From assembly GCA_002269645.1 (NCBI GenBank), contig NIVC01000019.1:62001-126000 (forward strand): DNA of 64,000 nucleotides. Reading direction: 5' to 3'. The translations under genes were made by a program, and so were the position numbers. The notes under the pieces are model-generated. The model ran no database searches, was not told the origin of the DNA, and was given only the letters and a program-made list of their open reading frames with translations. Origin of the DNA: Macrostomum lignano. Taxonomy: Eukaryota. This document shows positions 30,826-43,900 of this stretch, in pieces (positions within the stretch are counted from its first letter, which is position 1; each line of letters starts with the position of its first letter).

Positions 30826-31994
30826 CACCAATCAAGTGAGGCAACAGTCGACGACATCGACGATAACGATTTAACAATTAACTCTTATGATATCTACAAT
30901 GCAAGCTCGAGCAGCTAGAACTGAAACAACAATGAATTGGCGCTGATAATAAAAAAATGAAAATATTTGTCAATAAAAGTATAAGCAAATAATCGAGTTA
31001 TGCCATTGTGACTATGAAAATGGAAAATCTGAGACCTAATGACGAGTGTACGTTGGCGGGCGAGCCACATCATGAACCAAGAAAATACTGTATACTGAAG
31101 GACAAATTAACAAGAGAATTTGGTTCACACGGAGCTGAGAACTCAGTAGATTAGCAATAACTAATGCAGGAGGGATGGCTACAATTGAAGAATGAAATTT
31201 CAAGGGCTGACAAAAATATTAAAGCAAAAATTGAATGATTTGAGTAGCTGCTGGAGGCGTCGGTCCGTGGTATGCAATTACTCGTATTTAAGTATGAAAG
31301 GAGAACCAAAGGAAACAAAACGATGGTGCGCCGTTTTCTAAGGAAAAATAATCATAATAATGATTTGGAAATAACATATGCATATTAACTATTGACAGCT
31401 GGGTAAATTGTATGAGCCAAATCCACAGTAAGCAGTGCAATTACAATGCAATTATAAACAGTTACTTAGGGGTGAGGTTTTAATACAGAAATGTCACTTA
31501 AATTACAAATTGGGAACCGTAGACTGTCAACTGACTGCCGAGCAAAGTTCATTTTAGCGTCATTTAACATGAAGATTGCAAACATAAACAGATTTTTTTT
31601 AATTCTAACCTCGATTTAATACTTAACAAGCTAATTTTAACAAAACCAAACCGTTAATTGATTCTGTTAAAATCATTGAATTAACTTTACTGATTATTTT
31701 ATGCTTGAAAAAATAACATCTTTTCAAATGCTAATGAAATATGCACGAATAAAGATGCTGTTTTTCATAACTTGCTACTCGTTTTCCAAAAGATAGTGCT
31801 CATTATTTTTTTCAGCAGACTTCCATTTCTCCGTCAAAAGAAGTTCCTAATAAAAACTCTGTAGCTGTTTGAATTCTTCGAAATCTTTGGCGCCAATTTG
31901 AACTCGTTGATTCTAAATTAGGGAGAAAAATTTCGCCGATATAAAATTATTCAGATCTGTCAATCGATGCCCCAATTTGAGCGGATTCAGCGGG

Positions 31995-34900
31995 CTACCG
32001 AGGCGGCAGGGAGGCGGCCACGGACACGGTGTCGACAGACGAAGCGTTTGACGACCGTCTCTGGTGGTTGTGCGCCAAGGAAGATGTGGGATAGAGCTTG
32101 TACCAGCCAATCACAATGTTGGACAGGTCAAGGTCATCTAGCAGGATCTGGCACACGCCCATGAATGCTTTGCGATCGATGCGGCCGCAGTCGCCCCAGA
32201 CTGTTACCTGGGAGTAGTGGCGGCGGGTGTGGGTGAATGCGAGTTGGGTGTTGAGTGAATGAGCGGTGGATATGAGTGAATGAACAGTATGCGTGAGTGA
32301 ATGAACAGTATGCGTGAGTGAATGAACAGTATGTGTGAGTGAATGATCAGTGGATATGAGTGAATAAACTGATTGTGAGTGAATGATCGGTGATCAAATC
32401 CAAGGCTCACCTGCAGAATCTTGCCCCGGAACTCCTCCAAGAAGATGAGCTGCTGCTGGTACAGCGGGTCCAGAGTCCTCCTAGTCACTGTGGTCTTCTG
32501 CTTCTCGACACAGTTGCGACCCTCGAGCAGGTAGACTTTCACGTAGGGCGCCGGCAGGAGCTTGGCGCCCTTCTTGGCGTAAAGACCTCGCGCTCGGATG
32601 ACCTCCACCTCCAGGTGGCCTTTCCTGTTGTACAAACTCAGCTGGATCTCGCCAAGGCAGGGCGCGCCCAGCACCTGCCTGCCCACCAGCTGGCCGGGGC
32701 CCAGGCCGTCCACGAATTCCGTCAGGGCAGCCCTGCGGATTCAGGGCGGGTTCACTGGGTGCGGATTGGCGGGTTCACTGGGTGCAGATTGGCGGGTTCA
32801 CTGGGTGCAGATTGGCGGGTTCACTGGGTGCGGATTGGCGGGTTCACTGGGTGCGGATTGGCGGGATCACTGGGTGCGGATTGGCGGGTTCACTGGGTGC
32901 GGATTGGCGGGTTCACTGGGTGCGGATTGGCGGGTTCACTGGGTGCGGATTGGCGGGTTCACTGGGTGCGGATTGGCGGGTTCACTGGGTGCGGATTGGC
33001 GGGTTCACTGGGTGCGGATTGGCGGGTTCACTGGGTGCGGATTGGCGGGTTCACTGGGTGCGGATTGGCGGGATCACTGGGTGCGGACTTGCTCCAGCCA
33101 CTCACGGGTCCAAGCTGGTGAAGCTGCCCTCCCGCGAGCCACCGCCGAGCGACCGGCCGGACCTGCTGACCCCCGAGGCCATGGGGTCGGGACCGACGGC
33201 GCCGTAACTGCCGACATCGCCTGCCGGGCCGCCGGCGGCCACCATGTGCATCGGCAGCACCTCCTCGGAGCGGATGGAAGTCTTGTGCCTGCGTTCTGAA
33301 GATTTGAAACGTGGAGTTAGGCCATTCTCTATTGCAGAATCGCCATTCCCTAATTTAGAATCGCCATTCCCTATTCAGAATCGCCAATTCCTAACTCAGA
33401 ATCACCATTCTCTAATTCAGAATCGCCATTATCTAATTTAGAATCGCCATTCTCTAATTCAGAATCGCCATTCTCTAATTCAGAATCGCCATTCTCTAAT
33501 GAAGAATCGCCATTCTCTAATGAAGAATCGCCATTCTCTAATTCAGAATCGCCATTCTCTAATTTAGAATCGCCATTCTCTAATGCAGAATCGCCATTCT
33601 CTATTGCAGAATCGCCATTCCCTAATTCAGAATCGCCATTTCCTAACTCAGAATCGCCATTCTCTAATTCAGAATCGCCATTCTCTAATTCAGAATCGCC
33701 ATTCTCTAATTCAGAATCGCCATTCTCTAATTCAGAATCGCCATTCTCTAATTCAGAATCGCCATTCTCTAATTCAGAATCGCCATTCTCTAATGCAGAA
33801 TCGCCATTCTCTAATTCAGAATCGCCATTCTCTAATTCAGAATCGCCATTCTCTAATTCAGAATCGCCATTCTCTATTGCAGAATCGCCATTCCCTAATT
33901 TAGAATCGCCATTCCCTATTCAGAATCGCCAATTCCTAACTCAGAATCACCATTCTCTAATTCAGAATCGCCATTCTCTAATTCAGAATCGCCATTCTCT
34001 AATGAAGAATCGCCATTCTCTAATGAAGAATCGCCATTCTCTAATTCAGAATCGCCATTCTCTAATTTAGAATCGCCATTCTCTAATGCAGAATCGCCAT
34101 TCTCTATTGCAGAATCGCCATTCCCTAATTCAGAATCGCCATTTCCTAAATCAGAATCGCCATTCTCTAATTCAGAATCGTCATTCTCTAATTCAGAATC
34201 GCCATTCTCTAATTCAGAATCGCCATTCTCTAATGAAGAATCGCCATTCTCTAATTCAGAATCGCCATTCTCTAATTCAGAATCGCCATTCTCTAATTCA
34301 GAATCGCCATTCTCTATTGCAGAATCGCCATTCCCTAATTCAGAATCGCCATTTCCTAACTCAGAATCGCCATTCTCTATTGCAGAATCGCCATTCTCTA
34401 ATTCAGAATCGCCATTCTCTAATTCAGAATCGCCATTCTCTAATTCAGAATCACCATTCTCTAATTCATAATCGCCATTCTCTAATTCAGAATCGACATT
34501 CTCTATTGCAGAATCGCCATTCCCTAATTCAGAATCGCCATTCTCTAATTCAGAATCGCCATTCTCTAATTCAGAATCACCATTCTCTAATTCATAATCG
34601 CCATTTCCTAAGTCAGAATCGCCATTCTCTAATTCAGAATCGCCATTCTCTAATTCAGAATCGCCATTCTCTAATTCATAATTGCCATTCTCTAATTCAG
34701 AATCGCCATTCTCTAATTCAGAATCGCCATTCTCTAATTCAGAATCGCCATTCTCTAATGCAGAATCACCATTCTCTAATTCAGAATCCAGAACCCCGAG
34801 CTCCCCAGCGCACCCTGCAGGTTGTTGGTGCTGTTGCTCTTCCTGCCCAGGCTGGGGAACAGAGTGCTGAACCGGTGTCCGGAGCTGGAGCGACGGCTCC

Positions 34901-37900
34901 GGCCGCTAGCGGACGCCGAGGAGGCAGCGGCGGCGTCCCCGTGAGCGGAGATTTTTCGCCCGGTCGCTCCAGCGGCTGCGGACATCGCCGAGGAGCGGGA
35001 CGCGGTGGCGGAAGCTGCGGCGGCATGCGCAGCGGCGGCACCTCCGCGCATCATCCTCGGTCGTTCGCTCTGCGTCGAAACGACGGACAGTTTCGACAAC
35101 TCGGAGGCGGCGTCTGAATTCTCCGAGACGTCGCTGCCGCCGCCCTCTTCGAAGTCGGGCCCGGCGCCTGGTCGGCGCCGATGCTGCTGCTGCTGGTACT
35201 GCGGGTGCTGCTGGTAGGCGTAGGGGTACCGCGGCTGCGGCTGGTCCGCCTGGAACTCATCTGACTGTCTTCGATGACGCGGCCGGCCGGTGACGCATTC
35301 GGACGCGGCCGGACTGGCCGAGCGGTCCAGCGAGTACGAGCTGCTCCGGCCGTAGCCGCCTCTGCTGACGCCACCGCCAACCAGATGCTGCTGAGGCAGG
35401 ATTGGCAGCTGTCGCTTACGGCTGTTGACGCCGCCGAAGTCGCTGGTTGGGGACAGGGTCCGGCCTGTCGGGTCGAAGCCGATCATCGCCCGGCTGCGTG
35501 GGTCTGGAAAATATGCTCAAAAATTAGATGACAGTAACTGTTTAAATTAACTAATGCAAATTTATACTCATCCCATTCGGAGCATTAAAAATTAGCTGAG
35601 ACTTATCTATTTAAATTTTAATCTGACCAACCAGAAATCAATTCTGAAAATCAATCCGGAAAATAAATCCGGAAAATCAATCCGGAAAATCAATCCGGAA
35701 ATCGGAACACCGGAATACTAAACCGGGAAATTAACCCGAAAAAAGTCAGTCCGAAAATCTATTTATTATCAAACTTAAGTACAAAACTAATTTCAAGAAA
35801 AGTTTTTTATCATGTAAAACTAATTTGGGAGAATAAATTTAACAGAACTTTTTAAACTTACCATATCGATACGAGTCCACAAAATCGTTACTGAATGTCT
35901 ACAATGTTAAGCAGTTGCCACACATACATGTATCAATTGTTCGTCATTACCTCTTGTTTTTCGAAACAACGAATGTCTATTTTGTGAGAATTTGTCTGAC
36001 TATACATATTTTTACGAAACTCACCGGAGTTGGGGCATCCGACTCGCATTGCGAGGTCAAACTGTACCAGGCCGGCTCATTGTTCAGGTCGCATTCGATC
36101 AGGTTCAGGGTAGTCTGAAATGCCAGTTATTTTTGTACGGCTTGCAATTCGTGCTTCAAATATAATGGGAAAGATGTACATTTTGTGTGAAGATTCTGGC
36201 ATGTCAGATCTAGACTGTCAGAAAATGTGTGTCAAAACTTAGGTCTGGAGCTGTCAGATGTAGAATGTCCGCTATAGAATGTCAGATACAGAATGTCAGA
36301 TATAGAATGTCAGATATAGAATGTCAGATACAGAGTGTCAGATAGAGAATGTCAGATATAGAATGTCAGATATGGAATGTCAGATACAGAATGTCAGATA
36401 TGGAATGTCAGATATAGAATGTCAGATATAGAATGTCAGATATAGAATGTCAGATAGAGAATGTCAGATATAGAATGTCAGATACAGAATGTCAGATATG
36501 GAATGTCAGATACAGAGTGTCAGATACAGAATGTCAGATAGAGAATGTCAGATATAGAATGTCAGATATGGAATGTCAGATAGAGAATGTCAGATATAGA
36601 ATGTCAGATATAGAATGTCAGATATAGAATGTCAGATATGGAATGTCAGATAGAGAATGTCAGATATGGAATGTCAGATACAGAATGTCAGATATAGAAT
36701 GTCAGATATAGAATGTCAGATATGGAATGTCAGATACAGAATGTCAGATTTGGAATGTCAGATATAGAATGTCAGATACAAAATGTCAGATATAGAATGT
36801 CAGATAGAGAATGTCAGATATAGAATGTCAGATATAGAATGTCAGATAGAGAATGTCAGATATGGAATGTCAGATACAGAATGTCAGATATAGAATGTCA
36901 GATATAGAATGTCAGATATGGAATGTCAGATACAGAATGTCAGATATGGAATGTCAGATATAGAATGTCAGATATAGAATGTCAGATATAGAATGTCAGA
37001 TAGAGAATGTCAGATATAGAATGTCAGATACAGAATGTCAGATATGGAATGTCAGATACAGAGTGTCAGATACAGAATGTCAGATAGAGAATGTCAGATA
37101 TAGAATGTCAGATATGGAATGTCAGATAGAGAATGTCAGATATAGAATGTCAGATATAGAATGTCAGATATAGAATGTCAGATATGGAATGTCAGATAGA
37201 GAATGTCAGATATGGAATGTCAGATACAGAATGTCAGATATAGAATGTCAGATATAGAATGTCAGATATGGAATGTCAGATACAGAATGTCAGATTTGGA
37301 ATGTCAGATATAGAATGTCAGATACAAAATGTCAGATATAGAATGTCAGATAGAGAATGTCAGATACAAAATGTCAGATATAGAATGTCAGATATAGAAT
37401 GTCAGATAGAGAATGTCAGATATGGAATGTCAGATACAGAATGTCAGATATAGAATGTCAGATATAGAATGTCAGATATAGAATGTCAGATATAGAATGT
37501 CAGATATAGAATGTCAGATATGGAATGTCAGATACAGAATGTCAGATATAGAATTTCAGGTACAGAATGTCAGACCGATGGCCCAGACTCCACCCCAGCC
37601 AACAGACCTCTCCAATGAGCTGTTTGCCATTTCTGTCATCTGAGTCGATGACTTCGATCTGCAGGCTGCCCCCGGCCACGATTTCCTCCGTGACGGGCGC
37701 GAAGGTGAACAGCTGATTCCACTGGGGGTCGAAGCTGAACGGCACCACTTTGGACTTGCGCTTCTGGCTGCCAATTGCGGGGCGGGTTCAGCGGGAAAGG
37801 TTTTGAGCTCAGCTTTGAGCAGCATAGACTTGAAGCTTGAGCATAGCCGCCTGTATGCGTCACATGCTGTGGCTCCTGTGTCTTCTTAGGGTGGGCTCTT

Positions 37901-40900
37901 GTGTCTTCTTAGGGTGGGCGCCTGTGTCTTCTTAGGGTGGGCTCTTGTGTCTTCTTAGGGTGGGCTCTTGTGTCTTCTTAGGGTGGGCTCTTGTGTCTTC
38001 TTAGGGTGGGCGCCTGTGTCTTCTTAGGGTGGGCTCTTGTGTCTTCTTAGGGTGGGCTCTTGTGTCTTCTTAGGGTGGCTCCTGTGTCTTCTTAGGGTGG
38101 CTCCTGTGTCTTCTTAGGGTGGGCTCCTGTGTCTTCTTAGGGTGGCTCCTGTGTCTTCTTAGGGTGGGCTCTTGTGTCTTCTTAGGGTGGGCTCTTGTGT
38201 CTTCTTAGGGTGGGCTCTTGTGTCTTCTTAGGGTGGCTCCTGTGTCTTCTTAGGGTGGGCTCTTGTGTCTTCTTAGGGTGGGCTCTTGTGTCTTCTTAGG
38301 GTGGGCGCCTGTGTCTTCTTAGGGTGGGCGCCTGTGTCTTCTTAGGGTGGGCGCCTGTGTCTTCTTAGGGTGGGCGCCTGTGTCTTCTTAGGGTGGGCTC
38401 TTGTGTCTTCTTAGGGTGGGCTCTTGTGTCTTCTTAGGGTGGGCTCTTGTGTCTTCTTAGGGTGGGCGCCTGTGTCTTCTTAGGGTGGGCGCCTGTGTCT
38501 TCTTAGGGTGGGCTCTTGTGTCTTCTTAGGGTGGGCTCTTGTGTCTTCTTAGGGTGGGCGCCTGTGTCTTCTTAGGGTGGGCTCTTGTGTCTTCTTAGGG
38601 TGGGCTCTTGTGTCTTCTTAGGGTGGGCGCCTGTGTCTTCTTAGGGTGGGCGCCTGTGTCTTCTTAGGGTGGGCTCTTGTGTCTTCTTAGGGTGGGCTCT
38701 TGTGTCTTCTTAGGGTGGGCGCCTGTGTCTTCTTAGGGTGGGCTCTTGTGTCTTCTTAGGGTGGGCTCTTGTGTCTTCTTAGGGTGGGCGCCTGTGTCTT
38801 CTTAGGGTGGGCTCTTGTGTCTTCTTAGGGTGGGCTCTTGTGTCTTCTTAGGGTGGGCTCTTGTGTCTTCTTAGGGTGGGCTCCTGTGTCTTCTTAGGGT
38901 GGGCTCTTGTGTCTTCTTAGGGTGGGCGCCTGTGTCTTCTTAGGGTGGGCTCCTGTGTCTTCTTAGGGTGGGCTCTTGTGTCTTCTTAGGGTGGGCTCTT
39001 GTGTCTTCTTAGGGTGGCTCCTGTGTCTTCTTAGGGTGGGCTCTTGTGTCTTCTTAGGGTGGGCTCTTGTGTCTTCTTAGGGTGGGCTCTTGTGTCTTCT
39101 TAGGGTGGGCGCCTGTGTCTTCTTAGGGTGGGCTCCTGTGTCTTCTTAGGGTGGGCTCTTGTGTCTTCTTAGGGTGGGCGCCTGTGTCTTCTTAGGGTGG
39201 GCGCCTGTGTCTTCTTAGGGTGGGCTCTTGTGTCTTCTTAGGGTGGGCGCCTGTGTCTTCTTAGGGTGGGCGCCTGTGTCTTCTTAGGGTGGGCTCTTGT
39301 GTCTTCTTAGGGTGGGCTCTTGTGTCTTCTTAGGGTGGGCGCCTGTGTCTTCTTAGGGTGGGCTCTTGTGTCTTCTTAGGGTGGGCTCTTGTGTCTTCTT
39401 AGGGTGGGCGCCTGTGTCTTCTTAGGGTGGGCGCCTGTGTCTTCTTAGGGTGGGCTCTTGTGTCTTCTTAGGGTGGGCGCCTGTGTCTTCTTAGGGTGGG
39501 CTCCTGTGTCGTCTTAGGGTGGGTCCCTGTGTCTTCTTAGGGTGGGCCCCTGTGTCTTGATATATTCAGGTAAAAAACTTTTTATGATAGATTTGCCCTG
39601 TTCAAGAGGTGGCTGAAACTAAAAGTCCAGCTCAACCGGCCTGCGCACGCCTCTGCACACAGGCACGGTACGCTCTAGTCGTCTGCTCCCTCTCCAGAGA
39701 CTCTCTGCTCACTCAATCTCCGGTACAAGACCGAGCACAGCGAATGCGCTCGGTGGTGCACCGTCTGGAGCCGACGGTGCCAGCCCAAAGGCCGACATCA
39801 GGCAGCAGGTCAGCTGGCAGACCAACGGGTCGAACCACAGCTGAAGCTGGATTCGTCCAGCCGAACTGAATCGCGGAATCGGCGATGCGGCGCCGGCCAT
39901 GTCCTGCGAGGCGGTTCGCGTGATCCGCATGGTTGGGATGCGGCTGTTGGTCAGGGGGCGGCTCCGCGGTGTTGCTGGCAGCCCTGCAAGGATTGGTGGT
40001 ACGAGTAATTAGTGCTTCGTTGCAGCCCATATGTTGCTCTCTGGCCTAGAGCTCTTCAACCTCCTCACTGCCTGCCCCGCCACCCCATTCTTCAACCCTC
40101 CTCACTGCCCGCCTCGCCACCCCATTCTTCAATCCTCTTCACTGCCTACCCCGCCACCCCATTCTTCAATCCTCTTCACTGCCTACCCCGCCACCCCATT
40201 CTTCAATCCTCTTCACTGCCCGCCCCGCCACCCCATTCTTCAACCCTCCTCACTGCCCGCCTCGCCACATTCTTAACCTTCTCGGTGTCTGCCCCGCCAC
40301 CACCAACTCACCCATTAGATCGTCTGGCGGCAGTTGGTGCAGATGCTGCTGCTGCTGCTGTTGCAAATATTTAGCTTCCATTTCTTGCGTGCCGTCGCTG
40401 CAAGAGTTAATAATTTAATTACATGATTAAACTTTTTATTATTCTGTCACAGTTAAATTTTCTAATAATCCAGGACAGGCCGACACTCACTCCAAAGGCC
40501 GCTGTACAACTAGCTCAATCTGCCTGTCGCTTTTGCACTCCACCAAGATGGCGAACACCTCCTCGAATGTGAGGCCCTTCAGCGAGCGATTGTTCCACTC
40601 CAGCACCTCGTCATCTGGCCGAAGTTTGCCGACGCGGTCGGCCACGCTGCCCGGCTTCACCTTGGTGATGAAGGCGCCAAGCCTGCCGGACAGAGTCATG
40701 CGACCGCCGATCACCTTGACACCTGGAGTGGAGCGGGTAGGGCTTGCAGATTGGGCTGCTTGTCTGGGTTGATTGGGGCAGAGGCGCAGGGTGGGGTTAG
40801 CGGGTTATGAGAGAATCACAGAGAGGGTTGCTAGGGCCCGCTGAAGGATCAGAGAGGGGGTTGCTAGGGTCCGCTGAAGGATCAGGGAGAGGGTAGCTAG

Positions 40901-43900
40901 GGCCCGCTGAAGGATCAGGGAGGGGGTAGCTAGGGCCCGCTGAAGGATCAGGGAGGGGGTAGCTAGGGCCCGCTGAAGGATCAGGGAGGGGGTAGCTAGG
41001 GCCCGCTGAAGGATCAGAGAGGGGGTTGCTAGGGCCCGCTGAAGGATCAGGGAGGGGGTAGCTAGGGCCCGCTGAAGGATCAGGGAGGGGGTAGCTAGGG
41101 CCCGCTGAAGGATCAGGGAGAGGGTAGCTAGGGCCCGCTGAAGGATCAGGGAGGGGGTAGCTAGGGCCCGCTGAAGGATCAGGGAGGGGGTAGCTAGGGC
41201 CCGCTGAAGGATCAGGGAGGGGGTAGCTAGGGCCCGCTGAAGGATCAGAGAGGGGGTTGCTAGGGCCCGCTGAAGGATCAGGGAGGGGGTAGCTAGGGCC
41301 GCTGAAGGATCAGGGAGGGGGTAGCTAGGGCCCGCTGAAGGATCAGGGAGGGGGTAGCTAGGGCCCGCTGAAGGATCAGGGAGGGGGTAGCTGAGCAGCA
41401 AGTTGAGTCGAGTAGCCAGCGTCAGTCCGGACTCACCCAAGTCCAGCACATTGCCCCGATCGTCCAAATCCTTGGTGAGCAGCATGTGGCCGATGACTCT
41501 GCGCCTATCGCTGTGCACTTGCCAGGTCACCGGGTGCTGAGTAGAAAAATTACACGTGGATAATAAAAAATAAAGAATAATAAATATCCTACTGATCAAA
41601 GTAGCAACTAGCGAGTTTAACGTTAGTTTCATAAAAATCTGTTAAAACCGGGGGTGCAAATATTTATTGCAAATTGTCAACACCCGTCTTTCCTCAGGCA
41701 ATGAAACTCAAGGCTCGCACTAATGTCTACTGAAAAATTTATTTTATATAAACCAATCTGAAAGCAGGGGAAAAACAAGTCATGAATTTTTTAATCAAAA
41801 AGTTATAGAGTTCTTAATGTATTCTCAAATTCCTCGGACACTTACCGACAGAAAACTTTTCACTTTGGCATCGATGGCCGCCTGCCGCCTTCTGTCGCTG
41901 CCTGCAACGCGTGTTGTGACCTTTTTTGTGAGGAAAACTCTGCGATATGCAAACCGCACACACACCTCAGACCGCACAGACACCTCAGACTGCGGACACC
42001 TCAGACTGCACAGACACCTCAGACTGCGGACACCTCAGACCGCACAGACACCTCAGACTGCGGACACCTCAGACCGCACAGACACCTCAGACCGCACAGA
42101 CACCTCAGACCGCACAGACACCTCAGACCGCACAGACACCTCAGACCGCACAGACACCTCAGACCGCACAGACACCTCAGACCGCACAGACACCTCAGAC
42201 CGCACAGACACCTCAGACCGCACAGACACCTCAGACCGCACAGACACCTCAGACTGCGGACACCTCAGACTGCAGACACCTCAGACCGCACAGACACAAC
42301 AGACCCCACCGACACCTCAGACTGCAGACACCTCAGACTGCACAGACACCTCAGACTACACAGATACCTCAGACCGCACAGACACCTCAGACTGCGGACA
42401 CCTCAGACTGCAGACACCTCAGACCGCACAGACACCTCAGACCGCACAGACACCTCAGACTGCGGACACCTCAGACTGCAGACACCTCAGACCGCACAGA
42501 CACCTCAGACTGCAGACACCTCAGACTGCAGACACCTCAGACTGCACAGACACCTCAGACTGCACAGACACCTCAGACTGCAGACACCTCAGACCGCACA
42601 GACACCTCAGACTGCAGACACCTCAGACTCCAGACACCTCAGACTGCACAGACACCTCAGACTGCAGACACCTCAGACTGCAGACACCTCAGACTGCAGA
42701 CACCTCAGACTGCACAGACACCTCAGACTGCGGACACCTCAGACTGCACAGACACCTCAGACTGCAGACACCTCAGACCGCACAGACACCTCAGACTGCA
42801 GACACCTCAGACTGCAGACACCTCAGACTGCACAGACACCTCAGACCGCACAGACATCTCAGACTGCACAGACACCTCAGATTGCAGACACCTCAGACTG
42901 CAGACATCTCAGACCACACAGACACCTCAGACTGCGGACACCTCAGACTGCAGACACCTCAGACCGCACAGACACCTCAGACTGCAGACACCTCAGACTG
43001 CAGACACCTCAGACCGCACAGACACCTCAGACTGCGGACACCTCAGACTGCAGACACCTCAGACTGCAGACACCTCAGACCGCACCGACACCTCAGACTG
43101 CAGACACCTCAGACTGCAGACACCTCAGACTGCAGACACCTCAGACTGCAGACACCTCAGACTGCACAGACACCTCAGACCGCACAGACACCTCAGACTG
43201 CAGACACCTCAGACCACACCGACACCTCAGACTGCAGACACCTCAGACTGCACAGACACCTCAGACCGCACAGACACCTCAGACCGCACAGACACCTCTG
43301 ACTGCACAGACACCTCAGACCGCACAGACACCTCAGACCGCACAGACACCTCAGACCGCACAGACACCTCAGACTACACAGACATCTCAGACCGCACAGA
43401 CATCTCAGACCGCACAGACACCGCAGACTACACAGACATCTCAGACTACACAGACATCTCAGACCGCACAGACACAACAGACTGCAGACACCTCAGACTG
43501 CACAGACACCTCAGACCGCACAGACACCTCAGACTGCAGACAACTCAGACTGCACAGACACCTCAGACCGCACCGACACCTCAGACTGCAGACACCTCAG
43601 ACTGCACAGACACCTCAGACTGCACAGACACCTCAGACCGCACAGACATCTCAGACTGCACAGACACCTCAGACTGCACAGACACCTCAGACTGCACAGA
43701 CATCTCAGACTGCACAGACATCTCAGACCGCACCGACACAACAGACCGCACAGACATCTCAGACTGCACAGACACCTCAGACTGCACAGATACCTCAGAC
43801 CGCACAGACACCTCAGACTGCAGACACCTCAGACTGCACAGACACCTCAGACCGCACAGACACCTCAGACCGCACAGACACCTCAGACCGCACAGACACC

